Source of the DNA: Candidatus Bathyarchaeota archaeon | GTDB taxonomy: Archaea > Thermoproteota > Bathyarchaeia > Bathyarchaeales > Bathycorpusculaceae | Length of the DNA stretch: 64,000 bases | Assembly (NCBI GenBank): GCA_963775685.1 | Contig: CAVZJV010000014.1 | Location: forward strand, 2,368,001-2,432,000 | Direction of reading: 5' to 3' | Shown here: positions 10,619-20,537 of the stretch, piece after piece | Numbering within the stretch: position 1 is the stretch's first letter | How the letters are laid out: the number at the start of each line of letters is the position of its first letter | Translations under genes and position numbers: made by a program | The notes under the pieces: generated by a model | What the model saw: the letters and a program-made list of their open reading frames with translations, nothing else | Told to the model about the DNA's origin: nothing | Databases searched by the model: none

Positions 10619-12227
10619 GTGCTTGGTTAAACTCTGCGGACTCGCTTTCTGATAACCAGCCTTGCTCCTTTAACTTGGCCAGTCCGCTCCTAACTGTGTC
10701 CTGCGCTTTTTCTGTTTGCAGTACGTTAGCTTTCAAGCATGCTTCGGATATTTCATGGCTGAAAACTATGTTATCATCCATTAACCTGACGAAGCAGTTT
10801 AGGATTGAAATTATTTTCTTATCCTTTGGCTGAAAAAGTTGGGTGATTTTTGTTTTTCCTAAGGCTTTTAGTCGTGTGCCTAAACCGCCTTCATTCACGT
10901 CTGAGGGCGCCAAATAAGTGTAGCGGTTGGCGGATTTAGAGTGGTAACATGACAAATAAAAGGGCATGTATACTAAAGAGAGCTCTGTTCTTTTCTGCCT
11001 AATGCCCAAATTTTCAAACTCGAGCATTTTCTCTTCGCTGTTTTTTGCCATTTCATTAACTTTGCTGATGATGTTTGAAGTTAAATCTCCAATCTTCTCT
11101 ATCTCATTTTGAAAAACCTTGATTTGAGCATCTCGGGACGATTCAATTTCTAACAAATCCTTGCTGGCTTCTTTAATTTTAGCTTCATTGTCCTGCTTAA
11201 GTTGAAATAGAGCGGTTTTTTTCGCCTCTTCTTCCTGATCGATCAGCTTTTGCATTTCCTTTAGGTTGGAAATGATTTCTGGGCGCTGATCCTTTAACTC
11301 GTTACGTTTCCCTTTCCATTTTTGTTCTGCGGAATCGTCTTTATTTATTGCAGCTGTTTTTATTTCTGATTCAGCATGTTCTATTTCTGCATCCAACCGC
11401 TCTTTTTCCTTCTCAAACTTAACCGCATCTTTATGCAGAATTGTTATTTTCTGCTCGAACTTGCCTGAGACTTCCGTTACTTCATCTGAATATGCTTTGT
11501 TAATTTTAGAAACCTTGCTATCCAAGATGGCCTTGGCTTTTTGGATTTTAACACTAAATTCTTTTTCAACGGCTTTGGTTTCTTCGCGTATGTCAGATTC
11601 GGATTCAAGACTCTTTGAGTTCAAGAGCTTGATTACTTCCTTTAAGTCTGCTAACTCCTTTGAAAGTGTTAACCTCGTGTTTTCAATGTTTTGAAGCATT
11701 TTTAAAACGCCATCTTTAATCAAAGCAGGTGTGACAAGGACCGCTTCGGTCACGGGTAAATCCGTTGTTGTTGCATGTTTGGTGTATTTTAAGAATTCCA
11801 TGGTGAATTCTGCATCGTTCTGAAGGCCTTCTATAGAGAGTTTCTGTTCGTTATTTGAAGTTTGAAAATAGTTTTGAGTGTTGGAGAGAAATTCTGAGTG
11901 GACATGGCGGGTCATTTGTTGATCCCTCAGTTTTTCCATAAACGCCTTAAGATCCGGTAAGGTTGGGTAAGTTATGGAGTAAGAGGTTATGTTTAGGCCA
12001 TCTATAAGAAGCGTTAATTCTCTAAGTGGTGCTACCCAAAAAGGATAGAGGACTTTTGAGGTGAAAACCAGCTTTTCGGCATCTTGCTTCCTGAAGAAGC
12101 CTCCGCCCTTTTGCCTATCCAATTCTGCGATACAGAAAACTGCTGCTTTCTCAACATCACCGTTAAAGACTTCGTTTGCTTGAGATGTTGCAAAGGGTAA
12201 GATTGTTTTCTCAATTGGTTTTTGCAA
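10608..12227 (-). CDS. hypothetical long coiled-coil protein
   Basis: 539 aa; central E/K-rich heptad region between globular ends (LYPFW, YMPFY). Confidence 0.8.
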   Translation of the reverse strand: MQKPIEKTILPFATSQANEVFNGDVEKAAVFCIAELDRQKGGGFFRKQDAEKLVFTSKVLYPFWVAPLRELTLLIDGLNITSYSITYPTLPDLKAFMEKLRDQQMTRHVHSEFLSNTQNYFQTSNNEQKLSIEGLQNDAEFTMEFLKYTKHATTTDLPVTEAVLVTPALIKDGVLKMLQNIENTRLTLSKELADLKEVIKLLNSKSLESESDIREETKAVEKEFSVKIQKAKAILDSKVSKINKAYSDEVTEVSGKFEQKITILHKDAVKFEKEKERLDAEIEHAESEIKTAAINKDDSAEQKWKGKRNELKDQRPEIISNLKEMQKLIDQEEEAKKTALFQLKQDNEAKIKEASKDLLEIESSRDAQIKVFQNEIEKIGDLTSNIISKVNEMAKNSEEKMLEFENLGIRQKRTELSLVYMPFYLSCYHSKSANRYTYLAPSDVNEGGLGTRLKALGKTKITQLFQPKDKKIISILNCFVRLMDDNIVFSHEISEACLKANVLQTEKAQDTVRSGLAKLKEQGWLSESESAEFNQALMQ

Positions 12228-12377
12228 AGCAACCGACCATAGTTAAATGGATATTTGTGGCGAGAGTCCATTTAAGATTTGCTACTATTTTGCTTTTTTC
12301 TGATTTGAAATGCCAAGACAAAGTTTAACATGCAGAGGGAGTGTAATTTCTATTGAGAGCACAAGGAGTCTACTTCC

Positions 12378-12713
12378 ATGTCGTCAGATGAAGAGAACAA
12401 GGAAATAACGGTTAAAGCTCCTTCAAAACCAGTTGACTCTTCTGAGAAAAAGGCTGAAGAGATCGCTGAAAAGTCCTTAGAGGAAGAAAGGTTTAATGTG
12501 CTTGAATTTCCTAAGAAAATTGGGAAGTACGTGGGTTTGGTTGTTGCGGTTACAGGTGTTTTACTTCTTTTTCTTTTCGTTTACATGAGTGCAACAGGTC
12601 AAACAGGCGGTATACTTTTATCCTCTGGAAGCGGTTGGTTAAGTTTTGTGGTTTGGGGATTTGTGGGGTTACTCAATGTCTTTATCGGTTTTCTTTTTCT
12701 GGGACGCGAATAG
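12378..12713 (+). CDS. small membrane protein
   Basis: Charged N-terminus plus two TM; AAGGAG upstream. Confidence 0.7.
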   Translation: MSSDEENKEITVKAPSKPVDSSEKKAEEIAEKSLEEERFNVLEFPKKIGKYVGLVVAVTGVLLLFLFVYMSATGQTGGILLSSGSGWLSFVVWGFVGLLNVFIGFLFLGRE

Positions 12714-12950
12714 GTCTTTTAGTCTTTTTTCCCTAAAGACCAAAAGGATGCCGCAGAACACGTCCAAAAATCCCAGAAATGCCACTGCCCCTATCATAAC
12801 TCCGCTTTGGAATATATTTTTCATGTCTGCGGCGCCAGTGGATGTTAATATTACGATGACTAGAATGATGAATCCTGTGAAAGAAACGAATCCTCCTAAG
12901 GCGGTTTTCAACCGTTTATTGGTTGATAGGGTTGACAAGGCTTTAACCAA
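12669..12950 (-). CDS. small membrane protein
   Basis: Two TM segments; convergent overlap with previous gene. Confidence 0.55.
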   Translation of the reverse strand: MVKALSTLSTNKRLKTALGGFVSFTGFIILVIVILTSTGAADMKNIFQSGVMIGAVAFLGFLDVFCGILLVFREKRLKDLFASQKKKTDKDIE

Positions 12951-13807
12951 TTCTAGATTGCAGACTTGCTAGAACATAACTTTTTTGCTAAAGTTCTTCT
13001 AAATCAAGGTGAATGTATCTGAATAGAACGTTGGTTATTTGGAATAGAACAACATATTGTAGCCTTATACGCTATCGTTTGTGACTGAGGTTTGTTGTTT
13101 TTCGTTGTCTATATAGAAGGCAAGTAGTAAACTGACTTCCGATGAATTTGTGAACTATTTAGTGTGTGAACTGATCTGTTCTGCGACAATTTTTTGTTGT
13201 GTTAAGAGAACAACAACACTTGAATTTGCTATGCTGAAAGCTTATTTTTGGGGTGGTTCTTTAATTTAGGGGTTGTGGTGTTTGCAGGTTGCGTCTGGAA
13301 ACGTCACAAAACGTCATGAAAAGTCAACGGATCATGGGAGAAGAACAACAATGCCGTTAACTGAACAAGTAAAATGGTGTTGGTTGATTGTTATAACTCT
13401 TCTTAGAGAGCGGGTTGTGTCAATAACAGCAACAACTTCTATTCTTTGCAGTCGATTGAGTCAATTTTATTTTGCCGAGGCTCAGGGACTGATTATCAAA
13501 TAGGTATAATTTGAGAGTTTTTTGCATACGCTTTTTCTATTATTTTTTTCCAGACCCTGCAAAACTTTCTTTATGAATCCCGAGCTTGTCTATTTTTATC
13601 TAGTTGGTTACCGTTTATCTTTTTTAACGTGGTCTTATGGGGATTTGAACTCTGAGGTTTTCTCTTTCCCAAGGGAACTGCTGATAAGAGAAAAATTTTT
13701 TTACCGTTTTACTTTCGGTTTTCCATTAATAGATAATTGGTTCTTTATGGTTTGAAGTTTGGAAGGAGGATGATTTGAGAGTGTATTAGGGTTTAACTAT
13801 TCTTTGG

Positions 13808-14140
13808 TTAGAACCCATGTTTAATTATTGATGGGGTAACTGGGTGCTTATTTTCTTTGGCTTTCTTTTCATGCTTGAACCTGTTGATTTTGACGACGTT
13901 ATTTTCTGCAGAAGCCCCGTATTTGTTGCTGAGATTTTTGTGGCGGATAAACTTTGTTACCATTATTATCAACGAGTAAGTCGGAACATCATCTATGTTT
14001 AACTCCAAGCCTTCAGAGGTTATCTTTGAAGCCAACTTGAATTGGCTACCCAAAAAATCTGCAAGTTTCTCTTTTTCAGATTCTAAATCTGGCATGTAAA
14101 CTTTTACAACATTCTTACGTTTAAACAGCAAAACTTTCAC
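13808..14140 (-). CDS. possible ribosomal protein eL22-like protein (divergent)
   Basis: EKLADFL...VTKFIRHKNL..KY....ENNVVKI pattern and size resemble eL22 homologs as recalled; not verified. Confidence 0.45.
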   Translation of the reverse strand: MKVLLFKRKNVVKVYMPDLESEKEKLADFLGSQFKLASKITSEGLELNIDDVPTYSLIIMVTKFIRHKNLSNKYGASAENNVVKINRFKHEKKAKENKHPVTPSIIKHGF

Positions 14141-14452
14141 TCTAATTGTATTATATAACCTTGTTCTGCCTAAAAAAACCTTCTATGTGACCGCAAGAAC
14201 TGCTTTAAGATCATTGATTAATCGTAATCATTGGTTGGTCAAATGCTCCAGACTTGGAGACCCATCCTTGATGAACAATGGGTAGTAGAACTGGGAATGG
14301 CCCGTGTGTAATGGTAAATAGGCCGTTTGAGTTTGCTTAGCTTTATAGTTATTATCTGATTCAACATAGGTGAACCCCATTTTTCTAAAAAAGGGGTGAT
14401 TTGTCTTCTCGAAAGACTTGTATGGGTCAATTAAGTTTGGTTTCTTATTTGG

Positions 14453-14587
14453 TCATCTCCTTGTTGGGTTTTGGTTAAGAGCATTTTCTTTGATGAATTT
14501 TCGGTATTTTGTATTATAATAGATAAAGCCTGCTGTTAACGAGCCTGTGAATAGTGCAAATAGGATTATACTTGTTTCTGCGAACAT
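14453..14587 (-). CDS. 44-aa single-TM microprotein
   Basis: Manual translation MFAETSIILFALFTGSLTAGFIYYNTKYRKFIKENALNQNPTRR*; AGGCGAG upstream. Confidence 0.5.
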   Translation of the reverse strand: MFAETSIILFALFTGSLTAGFIYYNTKYRKFIKENALNQNPTRR

Positions 14588-14680
14588 TTTTCTCGCCTAC
14601 ACATGTGAAAAGTACAGGATTTCTTTAGGATTGATTTTCTTAAGGGATGTTTTTTCCATTATTACACCACAGTTTTTTGA

Positions 14681-14740
14681 TATTGATTAATCAATAAATT
14701 GATATAAAGGTGTTTGAGATTTGTTCATAATTATTATGAA
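14681..14740. promoter_or_regulatory. two perfect AT-rich palindromes (candidate operators)
   Basis: TATTGATTAATCAATA (14681-14696) and TTCATAAT-T-ATTATGAA (14724-14740). Confidence 0.35.
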
Positions 14741-14908
14741 AAATTAGGTATATTGCATATTTGGTGGTTATTATAGTGAATTAACGTTAAGGTGTTCTAT
14801 TAAACAGTTGTCATTTGTCAAATTGCGTTAAGGTGGTTTAAAGCTTATGTTCCAGATCCTTTTTGTGAAAAACTTTAGCCTATGTAGTGAGGCGGAGTGT
14901 AAATAGGT

Positions 14909-14969
14909 CAAAGCTTTTCAAAATGTATATGCGTTATCGAAGCATCTCTTGTTTAGCTAATCAACAAGG
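14909..14969 (+). repeat. ~64-bp dispersed element, degenerate copy 1
   Basis: CAAAGCTTTTCAAAATG...GTTTAG-CTAATCAACAAGG; core starts 48 nt after CAA. Confidence 0.45.
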
Positions 14970-15052
14970 CTTGTTAAAAAAATAAAGTGGCTTTCATCAG
15001 TTGGCCTTTGCAACGGATTCGTGAACGATTTTGGATCGCGTGTTTATTGCAA

Positions 15053-15481
15053 CTATTGTGCGAGCTTTGAGAGGCAATTCGACCGTTGAGGGCGCAATGG
15101 TGTTGTTTGTCTTCGCGGGTCTTCTATTATGGGTAGTGCTTGTGTTAGTTCTCGGAAATACTTCAGCACAATTATTCCACGCTGGGTAATTGCGAAAACT
15201 ATGCGTTCCTTTTCGACAATTCGTTTTTCGATTAACTCTTGTTTGATTAGAAAGTCTATGTGTTCATTGAGTATGTTGCAGTTGATATTGGCTTTGTACA
15301 TGATATGTGTCAATTTTAATGGTCCTCTCTGACCCAAAACGTTGAGGACATCGATGTGCATCTCTAGTTTTGATCGTCTCATCTTTGAGCACCTTTCCAT
15401 CTTAATCACTTGTATATATCTACATGTTATGAAAAAGAATGCTATAAGCTTTGCTATTTTACTCTTGTTTAATTCAAGCAA
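15053..15481 (-). CDS. winged-helix DNA-binding protein (HTH_45-like)
   Basis: MRRSKLEMHIDVL..L...GPLKLTHIMYKANIN...ITQRG; true start likely the internal Met. Confidence 0.88.
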   Translation of the reverse strand: MLELNKSKIAKLIAFFFITCRYIQVIKMERCSKMRRSKLEMHIDVLNVLGQRGPLKLTHIMYKANINCNILNEHIDFLIKQELIEKRIVEKERIVFAITQRGIIVLKYFRELTQALPIIEDPRRQTTPLRPQRSNCLSKLAQ

Positions 15482-15655
15482 TTTTGCTTTTTATTAGCAA
15501 AATAAATATTTATATTAAAAAATGCATTTAATACGATATAAATAAAGTAAAATTTGTATTATCTCTAACATGATTGTGATTGTGCCGCGCCTACTACAAT
15601 ATTTAATATATTATTCAAAGGAATCATAGATTCTCTTGGCTCAAGGGGGCGGGAA

Positions 15656-15919
15656 ATGGGTATGACAAAAAACAACATTCAAAAAAGCAACTTCATTTTG
15701 AGTAAAGGGCGGACCGACAATTTTGTTGTACATAAAACGAACATGCCAATTATCAAGTGCGCATGCGGCTTCAAAATTTTGGTTGTACCCGATTTGAAGG
15801 CCATGAACTGCGCGATAAAAAATCATGTAGCTCAGCACAATAAATCGTCCTCAGAAAGGTTGACGGATTTCTTAACAGAGCAGGTTCTAATTGTGACAAG
15901 CAAAATAAATTTTGCTTAA
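15656..15919 (+). CDS. small Cys/His metal-binding hypothetical protein
   Basis: IKCACGFKILVVPDLKAM..AIKNHVAQH (CxC...HxxxH). Confidence 0.7.
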   Translation: MGMTKNNIQKSNFILSKGRTDNFVVHKTNMPIIKCACGFKILVVPDLKAMNCAIKNHVAQHNKSSSERLTDFLTEQVLIVTSKINFA

Positions 15920-15928
15920 ACATACAAA

Positions 15929-15992
15929 CAAGGTCTTCCAAAATCTGAGTTAATAGTGAAAAATCCTTCTCGTTTCGGCTAATTATCAGAAC
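15929..15992 (+). repeat. ~64-bp dispersed element, copy 2
   Basis: CAAGGTCTTCCAAAATCTGAGT...CTAATTATCAGAAC; core 50 nt after CAAG. Confidence 0.7.
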
Positions 15993-16073
15993 CTAAAAAG
16001 AAATAAATAGAATAATAATCATGTCGGTTGTTCCTGTTCCGCATTTTTGAGGCCGGTCTTTGATTGAAGGAAT

Positions 16074-16238
16074 TCAGAATTTTTTATGCGTTAAAACAAA
16101 GACATGTACGTTCATTATTGCAAAGCCAATCATCCACAAGACTATGGCGTAAAACATTAAATTGAAATATGCGGGTACACAGCCTAAACTAAGAAATATG
16201 AGCGCTGAAAAGCCTAAGGTTTTTTGTTTGATGTCCAA
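16074..16238 (-). CDS. 54-aa two-TM microprotein
   Basis: Manual translation MDIKQKTLGFSALIFLSLGCVPAYFNLMFYAIVLWMIGFAIMNVHVFVLTHKKF*; TTG start after AAGTGAT. Confidence 0.5.
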   Translation of the reverse strand: MDIKQKTLGFSALIFLSLGCVPAYFNLMFYAIVLWMIGFAIMNVHVFVLTHKKF

Positions 16239-16373
16239 ATCACTTCGATAGTCTGCTTGCTTTTCAGCGAAAATAAGTTTTATGAATTTAAAATATTGAT
16301 ATTAAATATAATAGCTGCTGGGTTTGCTTAAATGACTTTTATGGTCTTTGCCTAGAATTTAAGTTAAATGCGT

Positions 16374-16667
16374 TTAGCAGAAAATATTTTCAAAATTTCT
16401 ATAGGCTATAACATATAAGCAAGCTGGCCGTTCGCGAGAAAAGGTTACCTGGTTTTTTTGATGCCTTCTATAAAAGAAAAATAAAGAGATAACCCCAACC
16501 ACAATTGTCATAAACAGCAATATTAGCGGTATAGTGATGGAAATACCAGTTGGTGAAGACAATACAGTCGGTGCCTTAACAGAAATAACAACCGGTTGGG
16601 TAAGCGGATGTTTGTCAACATTATTTTGGTCAATTAGGAATGTTCCTTTTCCACAATAGTCGTCCAA
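16374..16667 (-). pseudogene. C-terminal remnant of a NosD/beta-helix surface protein
   Basis: IDQNNVDKHPL motif followed by TM anchor and basic tail; N-terminal bulk missing. Confidence 0.5.
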
Positions 16668-16957
16668 TAGTCATAATTGAAGCGAGAAGTATTGAAACTA
16701 CTATGTTTGCGATTATCAACTTCTTACGATTGTCCAACCTTTGACACTTAATAGTAAAATAAATATCCTTCACTAAAGATATCTTGACTCGATTAAGTCA
16801 AGGTTTGTAGATGATTCTTTATTGGATTAATGTACAAATAATGTTCTTTATGTTATCTCTAGCAAACCCGTCTTTAATCGTGCTCCGTCGACAAAACTAT
16901 TGATGGCTCAAACTTCTGAGCGTTAAGTTCATTATGAAATGTCCTGCGAGATAATGG

Positions 16958-17899
16958 TCAAAGTTCATAATCGGTTTTCCACACTATTAGAAATGAAGGC
17001 ATCAGGTAATGCTTTAGCTATGGCAAAACTTCCTCTTCAACCTGTGCAATGTGATGGGATTATCCGCCCAGAGTTTATGTATTTTAATTTTCAACCGTCT
17101 GGTCAATTCTATTTTCGTTCTCTTTTCCAGCAAAGTGAAAGCCACTTATTACTGCGTAGACCTCTCTGTTTTCAGTAATCTTCCGGGCATAATGAATGGT
17201 GTTGATTATGCCTGCATGGGCGCGCCCTGAGATGATTATCAAGCCTTTGCCTCTAATCCAGATTACGAGAGCACGATCATCCAAAATCAGGTCAGATTTC
17301 CATGATCCATCTGCGTAGGCGCAATGCTTTGAATATCCTTTTTCGAAGTTGTTGATGCGTGGTATCTCTCCTGTGATAAGTGCCATACCATCTGCAATGA
17401 GAATGGGTTGTTCCGTTTGGACAAGGTTTGCTCCCTCTATGTTCTCTCTCAAAGGAGAGTTCGGATAACTTTCACTTCGCAATCTTGGTTCGAGGTTCCT
17501 CTGACCTTGAACATGTCTGAGCACAATAATCGGAGTATTCTTCTTGTTAATTGGTTTTAAATGCGGCAAGGAGCTCCCGATATGGTCCCAATGACCATGA
17601 GACAATACGATAAAGTCTACTTCCCTTAATTTTAGGTCCAGGTGAGCAACGTTTTTAAATATGCTTGTGGGATTGAGCCGGTGGCAAATAGTATTTGGAT
17701 TTTTCTTTCATTTTGGGTAGTAATTAGCATTGAAAACCCATTGTCAGCAAAAAGAAGAGTTGAACCTTTTTTTTGCCAATTGTCTCAGAGATTGCAAGCT
17801 TTCTTTATTGGGGCTGGAAAGCAAATCTGCAGAGTTATCAACTAAGCTGATTAGTTGCACGTTATCGACGGGCTTTATTGCAATTTTTTGGCTAACCAT
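16958..17899 (-). pseudogene. MBL-fold metallo-hydrolase, disrupted
   Basis: MVSQKIAIKPVDNVQLISLVDN at 17899; SHGHWDH, LITGEIPR, DDRALV, SG.AHAGIIN, GFHF, PSHCTG* across several frames. Confidence 0.85.
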
Positions 17900-18060
17900 G
17901 GTTTTACATGACCGTTTTCCTAGCGGGGGTTATTCAATGGGCACCCATTGCATTTATTAGTTGAGAATTGATTGCAAGAATTACAATCGACGCCACAACT
18001 CTTTGTAGTCATATTCTTGTTTTGTGTTTTTTTAGGCAGCTTACTCTCTAAATGTTGTCG

Positions 18061-18082
18061 GTTTTTTCTTATGATTAGAAAC
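18061..18082 (+). repeat. dispersed element, core-only copy 3
   Basis: GTTTTTTCTTATGATTAGAAAC. Confidence 0.6.
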
Positions 18083-18189
18083 TATAATAAACAAACATGA
18101 TTCAAGCGGCTTGTTGTTATGGCGCCCAATCCTTAGAAGATCTTTCAAACCAATAATCATAAAAGCATAACTCGCCTTCAAGGGGTTAT

Positions 18190-18657
18190 ATGCAGTTAGC
18201 TAGAGACAGCGGGAGAATCACGGCCGCCTATTCGGTTGAGACGGTTTGCCCTTGGTGCAAGATAAGCAAACTAAGGTACAATTTGGAGTTCCAAGTAGCA
18301 ACGATCGAAAAGGGGCAAATCATTGACTCGAGCCATTTAATCAAAAATGTATGTTCACACTGTTTGACGGTCTGCGAAGAACCGCCCTCGATGGATTTCT
18401 TGTGTGCCAAATGTGGTCAACTCACGCTTTACACTCAAGAAGACCCCAGCCTAATCGAACAGAGCCTTTTCAAGAAGCTATTTTTAGGCACCGGATTCGC
18501 TGATTTCTATGAACAGCTGCTTTTAGGAGGGCAAAAGGAGGGCAAGCGGTTCTGCCTACCTTGCATGTACAAGATTTGGCAGAAGTTTCTGAAATGTCCT
18601 GCTTCGTTGCAAGAAGAGTTGGAAAAGCCAAAACCCGAATATGCTCTGAAGACATAA
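18190..18657 (+). CDS. multi-CxxC zinc-finger hypothetical protein
   Basis: CPWC, CSHC, CAKC, CLPC; AAGGGG upstream. Confidence 0.65.
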   Translation: MQLARDSGRITAAYSVETVCPWCKISKLRYNLEFQVATIEKGQIIDSSHLIKNVCSHCLTVCEEPPSMDFLCAKCGQLTLYTQEDPSLIEQSLFKKLFLGTGFADFYEQLLLGGQKEGKRFCLPCMYKIWQKFLKCPASLQEELEKPKPEYALKT

Positions 18658-18662
18658 TCGCC

Positions 18663-18725
18663 CAAAATCTTCAATTTTCTAAGGGTATAGAGTAATGTCT
18701 TTATGGTTTAAGCTAATCATCAGAA
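18663..18725 (+). repeat. ~64-bp dispersed element, copy 4
   Basis: CAAAATCTTCAATTTTCTAAGGGTATAG...GTTTAAG-CTAATCATCAGAA; core 50 nt after CAA. Confidence 0.7.
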
Positions 18726-18833
18726 TTTATAAAATAGAATAGTTATTTTTGGATTTGAAGTATCCTGTAGCGTCTAATCCGTGGAAAGCCTTTAGGGTAA
18801 CACATCAACAAAAATGTTGGATGTGTGGCTTTG

Positions 18834-19121
18834 TTAGGGCTTTGCGAGAGTTATTTCCATCGTGGAAACCATTCTGGATCTGTTCTCGCCTTCTCTTGGT
18901 GGCATTTCTACGGTGCCGATTGCTATGTTTGTCACTTTGAGGTCTTTTATGAAGCGGTTTCTTGCGATTTCTGCGCAGTCAACTGCGGTTGTGATCGCTT
19001 GGCCTCGAGCTTTTAGGGTTATTTCCTTTTGAGCTCCAGAGAACGCGGTTATGATGGCAAGTACATAGCTCATTGGTGGTTTATTTCCGACGAAAATTAC
19101 GTCATTAGATTTTTCAGTCAT
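18834..19121 (-). CDS. albA: DNA/RNA-binding chromatin protein Alba
   Basis: IFVGNKPPMSYVLA, ITLKARGQAITTAVD.AEI.RNRF, VSTMEITL. Confidence 0.97.
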   Translation of the reverse strand: MTEKSNDVIFVGNKPPMSYVLAIITAFSGAQKEITLKARGQAITTAVDCAEIARNRFIKDLKVTNIAIGTVEMPPREGENRSRMVSTMEITLAKP

Positions 19122-19189
19122 ATTCTTTTCACTCTGAATTTTAATGGTAGCATCAATTAAATAGTTACCGCCGATTCAGTAACGGTTAC

Positions 19190-19253
19190 CAAGACATTAC
19201 AAAATTTTGGGGGTATGGTAGGAAAAACCCGAGTTTTTTCTTATGATCAGAAC
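19190..19253 (+). repeat. ~64-bp dispersed element, copy 5
   Basis: CAAGACATTACAAAATTTTGGGGGTATGGTAG...GTTTTTT-CTTATGATCAGAAC; core 50 nt after CAAG. Confidence 0.75.
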
Positions 19254-19383
19254 CAATAAAATACAAATAATTTTTTTGGAGTTGACTTATTCTATATGTG
19301 TCAATCCGTAAAAAGGTCTTTTGCCTCGATTACCCATTCAGTCCTTTACATAGCCAATAAGAAATAAAAAAAGCTCGACACAG

Positions 19384-19788
19384 TTACTTTTTAGCATAGA
19401 CTTTAAAAGTGTATTCGCCTGTTGCCATATTGTAGGTAGCTTCTGACCAGCCCTTGATCGTGTTGATGTATGCCAGCTTTTGAGAAGGCGTCTGAAATAT
19501 CAGGGTTCCCTCAATCTTTCCGATTGGAGTGGGGTCTACGAGTTTTCCGTCTGCTTTTCCTGCTACGAAGATAGGCTCGCCGTTGCTGAAGATGATTGAC
19601 TTTAGATCAAGTTCGCTTGTTCCTCCCGGCTTCATGAGAATGTTGTGTGTAGACATGATTTGTCCTGTTATCTTGCCGTTGACTTTTCAGGCGACAGTGA
19701 TGTCGAGTCTTACGCCTTCTGAACTGAATTCCTTAATATTGACTGAACTGGTGTTCTCTTTTCCTTCAAAAAGTAGTTCTCTTTCCAA
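19384..19788 (-). pseudogene. hypothetical protein with one in-frame TGA
   Basis: TTG 19788 MERELLFEGKENT...LDITVA*KVNGKITGQIMSTH; TGA at 19687-19689, in frame with the 90-aa ORF. Confidence 0.65.
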
Positions 19789-19918
19789 AAGTAGTTTCAG
19801 CGTAGATTGTAGGCTGAACCAGCCAAGTTAAGCGTTTGTGATTGTTGTTTGACACTTACAAAAGTAATTTGTCCTTGCTATCTTACGCCTAAACAATTAG
19901 GCTGTATCTGCGCATTCA

Positions 19919-19985
19919 GAAGGCCCTCAAGTTTTAAGAGTATGGTAGCAAAAAGGCTTTACAGGTTTTTTCTTATCATCCGAAC
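19919..19985 (+). repeat. ~64-bp dispersed element, copy 6
   Basis: GAAGGCCCTCAAGTTTTAAGAGTATGGTAGCAAAAA...GTTTTTT-CTTATCATCCGAAC. Confidence 0.7.
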
Positions 19986-20459
19986 ATAATAAAACAACTA
20001 AATAAAAATCAAGAAATTTATCTCTTTACCCCTTCTTTCGTGGAAGACATTGTCGCCAGAAAACTCGCGTATCTGTGCAAAAAGCCAGCCAACTTTAACT
20101 TGGTGGCTCCTCAAACAAGCATCAACGCGTCCGTTTTAACCTGTTCACCTTCCTCTCACGTTGCTCATATGCATTGCGAGTTCCTCTCCGATGACATAGT
20201 TTAGTTTGGACGAGCCCTATGAAGAACAAATACTCAGCATCACGGGCTTTTGGGCTGACGGGAATCTATTTTGAAAGTTTTGTCCCATTATTCCTTGGTC
20301 TGTCTGAGACTTCTTGTCCGTATCCATCCTTCTTGACTTTCAGCCTTCTTATCTTGAATAGCCTTCCTATATTTCGACAAGGTTTTTTATGGTGAATAAG
20401 TAAGGTGCAGCAAACAGAAAAATAGACTATAGTCATAAAAAAAAGATTGTAAGTTTTGT

Positions 20460-20537
20460 TTATTCTTCATCTTCACAGTCTTCGCAGTCGCAATCTTCAT
20501 CGCAACCGCAGTCATCGTCTTCTTCTTCAAATGTCAT
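20460..20537 (-). CDS. 25-aa acidic Cys-rich micro-peptide
   Basis: MTFEEEDDDCGCDEDCDCEDCEDEE*; TATTTAA at 20570-20576, GGTAGG at 20546-20551, T8 tract at 20437-20444. Confidence 0.6.
   Translation of the reverse strand: MTFEEEDDDCGCDEDCDCEDCEDEE

Noticed and set aside
12980-13760. Short ORFs and a weak inverted core-like match near 13678
   Set aside because: No coherent frame or motif; match too degenerate to count.
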